A stretch of DNA of 64,000 nt, from assembly GCF_006345805.1 (NCBI RefSeq), contig NC_042997.1, positions 92,070,001 to 92,134,000 of the forward strand, in the 5' to 3' direction. The notes below the pieces were generated by a model, which saw only the letters and a list, made by a program, of their open reading frames with translations, searched no databases and had not been told where the DNA came from. Shown here piece after piece: positions 1 through 12,155 of the stretch. This stretch comes from Octopus sinensis (taxonomy: Eukaryota). A program made the translations under genes and the position numbers. The first letter of the stretch is position 1. Each line of letters starts with the position of its first letter.

Positions 1-164
1 GAAAAATAGGACAGATGCTGCCACTGATGAGCTCCAAGAGGCCAAGAGTGATTTAGAAATAATATTTCTATTATTACTTAAATGTTTTTCAATAAAGCAG
101 TTAATAAACTGAAATCCAACTAATCCAAAAAGAGTGATTTTATGACCAGGCAGTTCTATGTATT

Positions 165-198
<34 letters not shown>

Positions 199-359
199 TG
201 AGAAAGTTGGTGTGTGAAAGCACGTGGTTCAATATATAGAAAATAGTAAAAAGTGAAAAAACTACAGAAGGCTTGTTTTAAGAGGTTAAAAAATATATAT
301 TTGAGTCAATATGTCTGAAGAATATTATAAATTTTTTTCATACAATGACATAGTTTTTG

Positions 360-399
360 AAGAAATGACCGGTTTCGCATTCAGCTTTTCAAATTTCTT
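360..399 (-). ncRNA. Minimal type I hammerhead ribozyme motif (PLE pLTR)
   Basis: The minus strand reads aagaaat-UUGAAAA-gc(ugaau)gc-GAAA-ccgg-UC-atttctt: 7-bp stem I, core with U3/A8, 2-bp stem II, GAAA, palindromic CCGG stem III and a GUC cleavage triplet. Confidence 0.7.
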
Positions 400-891
400 A
401 CATCGTTATGTTTACGTTGAGAAGAGTTCCAGATAAGGGGAGGTAATAAGTGATTTCTTCTGGTGTAAGGGAGATAATCGCTTAAAATTGTTTGCCTTTC
501 TTTTGGAGTGAATTTCTCTGTATAAGTATGTTGGAATGGTTAAGTTTGGGCTTGTATTTTTCAATGAAGAATGTTTCCTTGTTTAGTCTAATTTGTGTTG
601 GTGTTCCGATAGCACATTGGTAAAATGGAAAGATTAAAAATTGTGGTAGTAGTTGCTTTGCGCATTTCTCAATGTGCTCACTAAAGGAAACATTCTTCAT
701 TGAAAAATACAAGCCCAAACTTAACCATTCCAACATACTTATACAGAGAAATTCACTCCAAAAGAAAGGCAAACAATTTTAAGCGATTATCTCCCTTACA
801 CTGGAAGAAATCACTTATTACCTCCCTTTATCTGGAACTCTTCTCAACGTAAACATAACGATAACTCTTCTCAACGTAAACATAACGATGC

Positions 892-931
892 AAGAAATTT
901 GAAAAGCTGAACGCGAAACCGGTCATTTCTT
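892..931 (+). ncRNA. Minimal type I hammerhead ribozyme motif (inverted copy)
   Basis: aagaaat-ttgaaaa-gc(tgaac)gc-gaaa-ccgg-tc-atttctt; same fold as 360-399. Confidence 0.7.
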
Positions 932-1045
932 CAAAAACTATGTCATTGTATGAAAAAAATTTATAACATTCTTCAGACATATTGACTCAAATATATATTT
1001 TTTAACCTTTTAAAACAAGCCTTCTGTAGTTTTTTCACTTTTTAC

Positions 1046-1088
<43 letters not shown>

Positions 1089-1610
1089 AGACAAATTTGA
1101 AGTATATAAAATATACAATAATTCTTTGTCAAAGCAATTTCATACTGTGTATGCAAAGAATATGTACAATGTGTGTAAGCCTGTATCAGAGAGTATATAT
1201 ATGCATGAGATCCAAGGCGAATCTAAGGAAATTTAATATCATCATAGTCTAGATTCTGTTTATCTAAATCTTCAAAACAAAACTAAATATGAAGAATGTA
1301 TGCCTAATATATAAAGGCATTTTATCACATTTTGAGTGATATTGAATTGTATTTGTAAAAATCTCAAAACTACCAATGTAATAATTAAAATTTCTATTTA
1401 ATAAAATTTACTATGCATAATAAACTAAATGTTTCTGCAGTTAAACACTATTTTTTGTTATTTTTAAAATAATCCTTTTTCTAGAAATAACATTACTAGT
1501 TTTAATATTCTGGTTTTAAAGGGTTAATACAACTCCAAATATTTTGCATGCTAATTAAATGTTTTAGTAAAACTGTCAAATCTATAAAATTAGATGCTCT
1601 TTGTATTTAC

Positions 1611-1688
1611 CTGATAAACATGATAAGGAACGGAATGAAAGAAATGTCACCTGGACTTCCTTTACGTGCAATTTTGGCACAGATTTCA
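1611..1688 (-). CDS. SLC50A1: SWEET (MtN3/saliva) sugar transporter, internal 78-nt coding exon
   Basis: Acceptor tttttcaatttcag and donor gtaaat; phase 2-2, in frame with the upstream exon. Encodes EICAKIARKGSPGDISFIPFLIMFI, matching the SWEET1 motif (I..KGS.GD.S..PF). The next exon is not found in 1-1610, so the gene continues left of the window. Confidence 0.9.
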
Positions 1689-2265
1689 CTGAAATTGAAA
1701 AATATTATATGCAACAATATTTTAGAAGAAAATTGTATAATAAAATCTTTGGCATTATTCATTAATTATATATAGTGAGGTGGTGGTGAGGAATAAGCTT
1801 TTGAAGAATCAAACCCACATTCCTTTTCCATTCTTTGCTGGAATTGTTCCACATAATGCACTACTGCCTTTTGGAAAGGCATGAATGCTCCAACATATCA
1901 TTCCTCTTTGCTAATAACTTTGAAAGCCTAAAACAAGGGTATTTTTTAATATATAGATTATATTAATTCTTAAAGGAACAACAGTGCAGCCATAATTTAT
2001 CTTGTGCAAAATATTCTTATGACAGTATGAAATAAAAATGTTCATATTTAAAAAATAATCATCAACTTAAATTTGAAATATTCTAATCCTTTAATTTGAG
2101 TGTATCAAGAATAATGAGAAATAGAAATGAAAATCTAGGATATAAACATATTCTCAAAGAAATATTGAGAAACATAGTTGTACACATAATTATAAGTAAG
2201 TTATAAATTTCAAATATAAAATGGTTTAATGGGAAATCCATTTGATTGATTAAATATATACTCAC

Positions 2266-2333
2266 AATCCTATTAGTGAAACTCCAATAGTACATACAGT
2301 GGTTACCCAAGATATAATATCTTCAACAGCCAT
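2266..2333 (-). CDS. SLC50A1: SWEET sugar transporter, first coding exon (exon 2266-2359, ATG at 2333)
   Basis: Acceptor ttttattttag at 2360, donor gtgagt at 2265. Encodes MAVEDIISWVTTVCTIGVSLIG plus 2 nt, splicing in frame to 1688 to give MAVEDIISWVTTVCTIGVSLIGFEICAKIARKGSPGDISFIPFLIMFI, i.e. TM1 and the first loop of a SWEET. Confidence 0.88.
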
Positions 2334-2498
2334 CACAGATACCACTTGATGTTTGGTGTCTAAAATAAAATAGGATAAAATCAAAAGTAAAGCTAATTAT
2401 TATAATAACAATTAGAACATGAACATAGATTATGAAAGTCAAACAAGGAGACATTAACAGTACTTAATAGCTTCATTTTACTTACTAACTTAACTTAC

Positions 2499-2570
2499 CA
2501 TTGTGAATTCTACATCTGTTGCTCCTGTCGCTATTGATTGACAGATTTGCTTCCTTTAGCTGTTTTTTTT
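2499..2570 (-). other. Candidate 5' UTR exon of the SWEET gene (upstream limit approximate)
   Basis: Strong donor ATG|gtaagt at 2498, giving a 139-nt intron to the 2359 acceptor. There is no polypyrimidine acceptor upstream, consistent with a first exon. Confidence 0.45.
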
Positions 2571-2789
2571 TCCCCAAGAATTAGTCCTCATATGATTGTC
2601 TAATTACCGTCACTTCACATATTCTCTGGGCTTTCTGTTTTGCAGTTACCATCCATACTTAACTCACATTTTATTTTCTCACCAAGTATCAATCACCTTT
2701 TCTTATCATAAATAGAAAAGGCATCACAACTACATACCAATGAAGAACATGCTTGCTTGACCAACTAGAAATAGCAAAATCTCCCTTAA

Positions 2790-3868
2790 CCCTTTCGTTA
2801 CCAAACCGCCCAAAGCCGCCCGAAAAAAATTTTGGTTTATGAAACCAAACCGCCCAAAGCCGCCCAAATTTACCTATTCATATTTAAATGAGAATATCAG
2901 AGCAAATCTCTTCAGTACATTCGTGAAAACACGTATTATACTTCGTAAACACTTCAAATACAGTTTTGTACAATAATCGAAGTGTAATTTTAATTCCGTG
3001 AATTTTGGGAGATTTTTTTCCGAAATTTGTTCCTATTGTGTTTTCAAAATTTGTAATTCTGACAAAAAATGGATACAAATTTCATTATATCAAGCAGCGA
3101 GTCAGAATTCGAAGGATTTTCTACTGAAGACCTTCATAAATCTAACTCTATGACTGAAAAAAAGCACATGGTATTTGATAATGAATTTGATGTTTCATTT
3201 TCCGAAAGTGAAAACAGTGAATCTGAGATCTCCGATAGCGATAAAGAAAACGAATTGGCACCTGAATGGAGTGAAAATTTAAAAACTGTTTCTTTCGGTG
3301 ATTTTTCTGCAGAAACTGAACCAAGCCACAGACTTTCCCAGAAGGGTAAAGCCTTAGGCTATTTCTATTTACTTTTTCGAATGAGCCTATTTGAAATCAT
3401 TACAGCGAAAACGAACCGTTACGCTAAACGTAAACAAAACGAAAGAAAGGATAGTTTGTTATTTCCCACAACCTTAAATGAAATTAAGGCCTATTTTGCC
3501 ATAAATATTATTATGGGTATCAGAAAGTTACCCAGAATAACAAATTCTATCGTAAAATTTTGTTGTATACCCAATTGAATATTAGCTAATATTTTCTACA
3601 GCGATGTTTGAACAAAATTTTAATAATTTTATATTTTGTGGAATTTACCTGTATCTACCTGCAATTAGAGTCACTTTGTGACAAAAATTATAGTATAGAA
3701 TTGGTTGAGAACATTTCATTAAATTATCTTCCAAAAATCAGATTAATATATCGATAAATAAAAAAGTTATAGTTGTTTAATGAAACCAGACTAAATTTAT
3801 GATTACGTTAGAAATTAATTGAAACACATAAGGGGTGTAATTTGGTCAGAAATATAGTAACGAAAGGG
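2790..3868 (+). mobile_element. Internally deleted piggyBac transposon
   Basis: TTAA-CCCTTTCGTTAC ... GTAACGAAAGGG-TTAA (TIRs plus TTAA target site). ORF 3069-3578 has an acidic N-terminus and LF...II...TNRYA...T.NEIKAYF.INIIMGIRKLP, the piggyBac transposase N-terminal signature; the catalytic domain is absent. Confidence 0.92.
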
Positions 3869-4545
3869 TTAAACACCCACCCATCATACATAAGACAGAA
3901 CATGTAAGATAATGTAGTTCTAAATACCCCTACAAAGATAAGACACTTATGGCTGGAATGTATCTGATCAAAGGTTTGTACATACAGCCAAGGCTGAGCA
4001 AGGGTTAAGCAACAATATAAGAGGTGAAACAGTTGAATTGATATTAAAATGAAATATAATTCTAGGGGATTGTGAAAATATTAATTTTAACAAGTAGCTA
4101 CTTCTGCTCATCTATACTAAATCTGTTGCTTGGATTTTTGTACATTTACTTGAATAAATTTTCTCTTTACACTAACAATATGCTTCTTTCACTACTGACT
4201 ACCACCCACACATATCTGATGTCAGTTTGCATGAAGGAAATAAACTACAAAATATTCTGTTAAATCATTCACAAGTTTAGTGTAATACATAAATATATTT
4301 ATGCAAAATGGAGATTATCAAACTAAATCTATTATTATTTGGCAGAATTGTACAAATATCAGAAAAACTTTGTGGTATTTCTTCTGACTCTTGACATTCT
4401 GAGATCAAATTCCACAAAGCTCAACTTTGCTTTACATCCTTCCAGAGTTGATAAAATAAAGTACCAGTCAAGCACTGGTGTTGATTTACTGAATTTATCC
4501 TTCCCCTCAAATCCCTGGCCTTCAGCCTATGTTAGAAAAAATTAA

Positions 4546-4745
4546 CCCTTTAGCATTCACATTACTGTCAAATATGATGCTTATTGAATTAATCATAGCT
4601 TATTTTGTAGCTTCAAAATTTCAATGATTGATTGTTTATTTTTACAATGACATTGTAGGATAGGTGTGAAGCCAGATCTGGCCAGTTTGAACATAAAACA
4701 GGTACATTATATGGGCTGGACATGGCCAGTTTAAACACTAAAGGG
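4546..4745. mobile_element. piggyBac-type MITE (200 bp)
   Basis: TTAA-CCCTTTAG ... CTAAAGGG-TTAA. Confidence 0.85.
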
Positions 4746-5255
4746 TTAAGTAACTGAGAATCAAATTCTTGGAAATTTGCCATATAATAAATTTAATTCT
4801 AGATACACAAAATGAATTGCTACAGAAATGAGTATGATATTGTCATATGATCCACTGCACATCTTATTTCTATCAACTCACATTTCTCATAAACCATGTT
4901 ACACAAGAACTGGCATGTGCTCATGAAAATACATTTATGGTTTTCCAAGCTACCAAAGAAGCTGCTACGTAGTCACTCAACTTGTTAGAAATATCATCTT
5001 AACTTCCTTCAAGTCATAGTCTAAAGTCTTAAAAATAGGAAGAACACTTTAGACAACATAGTCATAGATAACATTGTGCCTAAAACAAAAACAAACAAAA
5101 AAAGAAAACAATGGTTAATGGTTAAATAAATTTTATCATATGTCTACTCAATGAGGATAGCAAAGACTTGGATCTGAGCAACAATTACCAATTTTGAAAC
5201 CATCAGGGATTCTACAGAAAGCCAACTTAAAACTTCTGATGCATGTTAGAAAGTT

Positions 5256-5606
5256 ACAGGCATGGCTTTGTGGTTAAGAAACTTGTGGTCTTAGAGTCAG
5301 TCTTACTGAATGACACCTTGAACAAGTGTCTTCTATTATAACATAAGGCTGACCAAAACCTTGTGAGTGGATTTAGTAGACAGAAACCTGTTGTGTTTGT
5401 GTGTCTTAGTGTTGTTTGTCTTCCACTAATGCCTGATAATAAGAAGGTTGTTTATGTCCCTGAAACTTAATGGTTCAGTAAAAGAAACTAACAAAATAAG
5501 TGCCAGGTTTTAAAAATTAGTACTGGGGTTGAATTGCTCAACTATACCTTTCAGAACATTGCCCCAGCATGGCCACAGTACTATGACTGAAACAAGTAAA
5601 AGAGAG
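5256..5606 (+). mobile_element. tRNA-derived SINE
   Basis: A/B-box-like head, shared core (ccttgtgagtggattt) and tail ccccagcatggcc.cagt...tgactgaaacaagtaaaag, shared with many copies in the window. Confidence 0.8.
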
Positions 5607-7244
5607 CAGATAAAAATACCTGGATTTATTAGGTTTTGTAATTTATAGGCATATTTGTTTTGTTCCTTTGAACTCAAACTACTTCTAATTGTTTCAAGTA
5701 AATTGCTTAATCACTAATCTGATAAGGCCTGTGCAAATTCCTTTGCAGCAACTTCACCAAAACCAATACAGAAGCTGATGGAAATATCTTATATAAATTG
5801 AATCACATATTCTTTATTATATATGTGGCAATTTCTATCATTAGCTATTTAAAGACAAACATTTTCATGAAGACATTAAGCTAAGGCAGAACAAAGAAAA
5901 GAAAAATTGAAGACACTCTTTTGTATGTGTTTGTGTGTGTGTGTGTGTGTATGAGATCAGTAAATCATAAACCTGAAAGAGAAGCACACTAAGTTATAGA
6001 GCAATAGAGTAACTAAAGGTAGTTATGGCCAGTCTATTTGGCCAGTCTATGGGGTTACCCAGAGTTTCACATCCATAAAGTGTTTAGCTTTACAGTGTCT
6101 CTTCAGAGCCTAATGGCAAGAGAGAGAGAGAAAGGGAAAATTGTTAATACAAAAAAAAAAGAAAGAACTCAATACATAGTGCTTACATTATTCGTTATAT
6201 AAATTATATTCACACGCATCATCATTATTTAACATCCACTTTTCCATGCTTGTGTGGGTCAGGCAGAATCTGTTGACTCAGATTTTCTATGGCTGGATGC
6301 CCTTCATGTTGCTAACTCGTAACCATTTCCAGGAAAGATAAATATTTCTCAAACTTAGACATATTTTCTATGGAAGGCTGAAAATGAACAACATTACTTG
6401 TATGATGGTGAAGCTCATTTATAACCATCACATGATGTAAAGACAGGGGTACACACAAACACACACACACACATAGGCTTCTTTTAGTTTTCATCTACCA
6501 AATCCATTCACAAGGCTTTGGTCGGCCAGAGGCTAGACTGAACTCAAGACCACATGGTTGGGAAACAAGTTCATTAACCACATAGTCATGCCTGCATCTG
6601 ATATGATTTAAATATATCCAACCCATGCCAGCATGGAAAACAGACGTTCAATGATGATGATGATGATAATGAATGAATGAATATATGTATGGTGTGTAGG
6701 AATATATGCATGCATGAATGAAGGATTCAAAGGCTGAGAGTTTTGTGCAAATACACTTATCAAATTAAGTGTATATGCATGAAATTCACTCACGAGCTTC
6801 TCAGCTATAATACATAAAATATATATACGCATGCGTGTGTGTGTATATACTATATATATATATAGACAGATAGCTAGCTAGCTAGATAGAAAGATATGAT
6901 AAGTATGTAGGGATAAATTATCCAAGAGGGTACCATGTAAGCACTCAGGTATAATCTGGGTTCAGGCTAACTGCATTGAGTAGTAATGAACACTTAGGAT
7001 TACTTAGGATGAACAATCCCACAGTAATTCATCTGATGGGTAATCCCCGGGTTCGCTTCACTGGATTATATTTTCAGGAGTGTAAATCCAAGACAGTTAC
7101 AATGAATACAAAGACTGGTACGTGTGCATATTTTTTATTTTTACAGTTAATTATACAACATAATTAGTTTAGATTTGACTGACACATGTTTCTGCTGCAC
7201 AGAGAATCAGCAATTACATTTGCATCCAGCTATTTTCAACTATA

Positions 7245-8084
7245 CAGCGTACAGTGAATAAACTGTCGTTTAAATTACACAAAAATGAAAATAACACTGA
7301 CATCTCATTTTAACAGATATATTTACCAAAATTACAGAAAAATATCTCGAAATACTAAAGAGTAAATTTATTCAATAAAATTGCCATTGGCTTCAAGCAT
7401 GGCCTCCACACAACTTCGGAATCTCCTGCAGCTCTTCTGGATGGTCTTCTTGTTTAAGTTTGTGAATACTGCCATAATCCTTGCCTTCAGTTCATCTTTG
7501 GTGTTACAAGGAGTTTTGTTGGTCTCTCACTCAACTGCGCCCCACACATAATAATCAAGGGGTTGCAGTCTGGGGTGTTAGGTGGCCAGATGTTAGTGAT
7601 GATGTGATTACATAAATTGTCTGACAACCATGACTGGGTTCTCCTGCTTGTATGGCATGGTGCAGAGCCCTGTTGCCAGACATGGGGTCTTCCAGCAGCC
7701 ACCCTCTTTACTCAGGACAGCACTACCTCCTCCAGGCACTTGATGTAGGCCTCCATGTCGAGTGTGAAGCCATGTGGGAAGATGGAGGTATAAAGTTATT
7801 ATCACTAGTGATCACTCCAAACACCATGATGTTGACTGGACATTTGATTTTTATCACACTCAGTACATGTCCTCAGATTGCACTGTCCTCAAATTGATAC
7901 CCAAACACTCAGAAATGTTCGTATTGGAGCTTCCAGCATGAATGCCAAGCAGTACAGCATGTCATTTCCAAATTTCTGGCAGAGTGAATTGCATCATGGT
8001 GCTGTTTTTCTCACAGATGGTGCCCAACTAACCCTATTATATTGTGTAGTTGACAAATGGTGACAATTTACTCCACACATCTTG
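7245..8084 (-). mobile_element. maT (DD37D) Tc1/mariner-superfamily element, degraded
   Basis: The minus frames give VWQQGSAPCHTSRRTQSWLSDN...IWPPNTPDCNPL, with 37 residues between the 2nd and 3rd catalytic positions. TA flanks and degenerate TIRs. Same family as 24569-25365. Confidence 0.85.
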
Positions 8085-8147
8085 TACATCTTTATTCAAA
8101 GTCTGATTAAAAATGTGGTTTGAAGCAAACTGAGTGTATTCATGCAT

Positions 8148-9143
8148 GGCTAACATATTTTGTTATAGGTTACTATGGTTTTATATAGACAAAAGAAAAT
8201 GAGGAGATTTAGAAACTTGAAATGACTAAAAAATTACTATGGTGGTTGACCTCATCCTGACCTTAGGTTTAAGTTTGAAACTAAATCCAAGGTAAGTCAA
8301 AGTATATTTTTCAATGTTTTGTACAACAGCTATGTACTAAATGAGATTAAACTATCAATTAAATTAGATATACATGGGATGAAGAATGTTTTTATGATGG
8401 CAATTTAAAAAGTTTTCTGTGTAAACAAGTTTTAGATTATATGCAGTTTCCACATTACTTGATTTATAAAAAAGATATTTTAATTTAATGAGAATATCTA
8501 TTTCTACTTGAAAGTCAAACCAAATATTAACTTGCAATTTATGCAGAGGAAATTTTCCAGACTTTGAATCCTTCATTCATACATGCATGTATACATACAT
8601 ACATACATACAAATATTCCTACACACCATACATATATTCATTCATTATCATCATCATCATCATCATTGAACCTCTGTTTTCACACATACACACACACACA
8701 CATATATATATATACACACACATATCTTTTATCTTTTACCTGTTTCAGTCATTAGACTGCGGCCATGCTGGGGCACCGCTTTAAATTTGTAGTTGAATGT
8801 ACTCACCCAGTTGCTTAACAGCAGACAAAAACAAACCTTAAGATGTTCATATTTATATAAGAGGACCTTTAAATAGTTTCAGGTAAGCAATGTATCCACA
8901 CAACTAGGAGATACTTGAGTTTACAGGATTAATCTCATTCAGTATTCAGCTATTGTACAAAACATTGAGAAATACACTTTGACCTACTTTGGATCTAGGA
9001 CTTTCAGTTTCAAACTTAAACCTAAGGTCAAGATGAGGTCAACCATATTGTAATATTATAGACATATCAAGCCTCTAAATCTCCTCCTCACTTCTTTTTT
9101 TTCTATTTAAAACCTTAGTAATCTGTAGCAAAATATGTTAGCC
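8148..9143. mobile_element. Foldback/MITE-like element with ~200-bp imperfect inverted arms
   Basis: 8148-8350 is an imperfect reverse complement of 8929-9143 (shared blocks such as ggttgacctcatc.tgaccttaggtttaagtttgaaac). SINE and microsatellite sequence is inserted in the middle. Confidence 0.75.
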
Positions 9144-9321
9144 TAAACTCAGACCTTATTATTGTGGCAGTTAACCTGGGAACTGTGCTAACAGAAACAG
9201 CTACAAGCTGAGATTCTGTTTTTTTTGTAATTAATTAATAAATGATAATTGGTGTAAACCAATTGTTATTCATCAATTTTATCTCCATTTTCTGTCTTCT
9301 TTATATATATATATATATATA

Positions 9322-9720
9322 TAGGTGCAGGAGTAGCTGTATGGTAAGAAGCTTGCTTCCCAAACACATGGTTCCGGTTTCAGTCCCACTTCGTGGCTCC
9401 TTGGACAAGTGTCTTCTACTATAGCCTCAGGCTGACCAAAGCCTTGTGAGTGGATTTGGTAGATGGAAATTGAAAGAAGTGCATCGTATATGTATATATT
9501 TGTGTGTGTGAGTGTCAGTGTTTGTTCCCCCATCACCACTTAACAGGTGATGGTGGGTTTACATCCCCATAACTTAGTGGTTCAGCAAAAGAGACTGATA
9601 GGATAAGTACCAGGCTTAAAGAATAAGTACTGGGGTGAGTCGATTCATTCAACTACAAATTTAAGGTGGTGCCCCAGCATGGCCGCAGTCTAATGACTGA
9701 AACAGGTAAAAGATAAAAGA
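9322..9720 (+). mobile_element. tRNA-derived SINE, near full length
   Basis: Head gcaggagtagctgtatggtaag...ggttccggtttcagtccc, central (TG)n, and conserved tail ccccagcatggccgcagtctaatgactgaaac. Confidence 0.85.
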
Positions 9721-9732
9721 TATGTGTGTGTG

Positions 9733-9778
<46 letters not shown>

Positions 9779-10699
9779 TATATGTGTGTGTGTCGGCAGT
9801 GTCTGATGATTGTGCTGGGACATCAGACATGTTATGTCACCACCACCTTTATCTACCTTTCCAGCTCCACTCCAGTTATTCCTACCCATTCTTGAATAAT
9901 GCAAGCAGCCATGTATCTTCCCTACAACAAGAAACCTATTCTAGTCTTTGCCTTCATACTTTAAACATTTACTAAGTAACATAGAGCTGCCTCTCTCTAC
10001 TAGAGTCCTGCTAATTCCAAGGGTATATTTGTCATGCTAGCAACATGGTGACCTCACTAGTGGTGATGCTACAAAAAGAAAAGCACACAATACAATCTGT
10101 AAGTGGTTGTTGTTAGGAAGGGCATCTAGCTACAAAAACCATGCCAAAGCAGACATTGTAGTACAAGAGTACAATGTAGTCTTTTCACCCATCAGATCTG
10201 GTCAAATTATCCAACACATTGCAGCATGGAAGATGGACATAAAAAGATGATGATGATTATATATATATATCGTTTTTCTATGGTTGGATGCCATTCCTGT
10301 CTTCAATCCAGGCTAGTTTCCAAGCAAGGTAATGTTTCCCCAAGATCAGACATGTTTTTGTGGAATACACTTACAATGCTTTGGTCAGCCCAGGGCTATA
10401 ATAGAACACACTTGTCCAAAGTGTCATGTGGTGAAACTGAATTCAACACCATATTGTTGGAAACAAACTTTCTAACCCACACAGCCATGCCTGTGCATAT
10501 ATATATGTATGTGGACCTCTGAGTTTGCCCCACCACCACTGCTTGACAATCAGTGCTGTTGTATTTATGTCCCCAAACTAAGTACGAGGCTTTAAAACAA
10601 ATTAATACTGGGATTGATACATTCAGTAAAAAATTCTTCAAGGCAGTGCCACAGCATGGCCGCAGTCTAAATACAAACAAATAAGAAAAAAGATAAAAG

Positions 10700-10730
<31 letters not shown>

Positions 10731-12155
10731 CACATACACACACACACAATTATATATATTTTAATAAATTAATAACTGCCCACCTAGTTACTTTCAATAA
10801 ACACTGACAGCTTATTTATAAGATGACCTATTATCAATATTCAGATATTATAATAATGAAACACCTCATTTTAAAATCAATCTTAATTCATACTTGTGCT
10901 AACAGAAGGTATAACAATAGGAAGTTCAATCACACTAACCTTTGCCAGTTCAAAACAACATTACTACTGAACACTGATAACAAAATTAGCAAAGTTGCTT
11001 TCAATAAAAATAGCTTTCAACAGCAGGTTCTTGACATATTGTTCATGGTTAGCACCTCCACTCCTGTTCATCACTTGCTACATTTGTCTCTACTCTTCAC
11101 CATCTCTAACCAACTGGCACTCTCCCCTCATGCTTGTATAACCTCCTCCTTCCATCACTCCAGGTCCACTGGCTGCATTATCACTTGATTCATAATTTTT
11201 TCCCCAGCTACTTCCATCCACCCTTATATAAATGTGTATCTTCTCTATGTCTGCTTATCACCAGGATAAAACCAACTTTCCAACCTCTCAAATAACAACA
11301 ACGACGCCGACGCCGCCCCACCACCACCACCACCACCACCACCTAATTGAGAGGGCTTTTCTCTTTTTCCTTTTCTTGTTCTTTCCTGTCTTGCAAATTA
11401 CTTGGCAACTCATTAGTGCTGGTGGCATGAGAAAAGCAACCAGTACATACTGTAAATTGGTTGATGTTAGGAAAGACATCTAGCCGTAGTAATGATGCAA
11501 AAGTTGATATGGAGCATGATACAACCTTGTGGCTCACTGGAGCCTGTCAAACCGTCCAACCTATGTCAGCATGTAAAACGGACACTAAATGATGATGATT
11601 GATAAGGAACTTAATAAAATGTAAAAATGTATTAGATGCTAGTGATGTATAGAATCTTCTAAGCTTTTCTGAATTAAGATGCTTAAATATTTATTGAACT
11701 GTACTTGATGAATCTCCTACAAAGTGATTCCATAGTTATGATTGATGTTAATAATGACCTAGCCTAAGTTTGACAATATCACTTGTTGTCAACTAAAATA
11801 GAATTAATCAAGTTCTTTTTGATAATTATTACTCTTCAAAGACAGATAAGCACATTGGAATATTGAGTTGCTGATCTTGATGTTTGTGGTATTGAAACAT
11901 TCAGAAATCTTTCGGCTACGAAATAAACTTTATTTTCATTGACATATTTTCTACGTTATCTCAACAATCAGCTTTCAAGACCAGGTTTCATTAGAAAGTG
12001 AAAATAGTTTCACACTTTCAATTTGAACCAAAATTATAGTGTTGCATTACAAGAGTGACCATGTGTGAATAATGAAAGTAATGTTTCTCCAAATTAGTCA
12101 CATCTGTACTATATAATAAAGAAAGATGCTGCTGCTCATCATCTATCTATATATA

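Larger units (their letters stand above)
198..1050 (-). mobile_element. Penelope-like element 3' fragment with inverted pseudo-LTR (340-bp inverted repeat)
   Basis: 241-580 is the reverse complement of 684-1050, and the right arm has an extra 27-bp tandem duplication at 836-889. The minus frame across the spacer and left arm gives HIEKCAKQ..FLIFPFYQ..RLNKETFFIEKYKPKLN, matching the C-terminus of PLE GIY-YIG endonucleases (R..E..FI....P.LN). An inverted copy of the 3' end at the truncation junction is typical of PLEs. Confidence 0.85.

Noticed and set aside
20-55. ctgatgagctccaagaggcc resembling a hammerhead core
   Set aside because: No GAAA after stem II and no stem I/III partner.
7021-7100. 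ctgatgg...ccaagacagttac, possible long-stem hammerhead remnant
   Set aside because: Both core halves deviate (CUGAUGG, no GAAA); too decayed to call.
8564-11537. ORFs rich in HTYI, YIYI, poly-His or poly-Trp
   Set aside because: Translations of microsatellites and SINE tails. The same applies to most 60-130 aa ORFs in the track.
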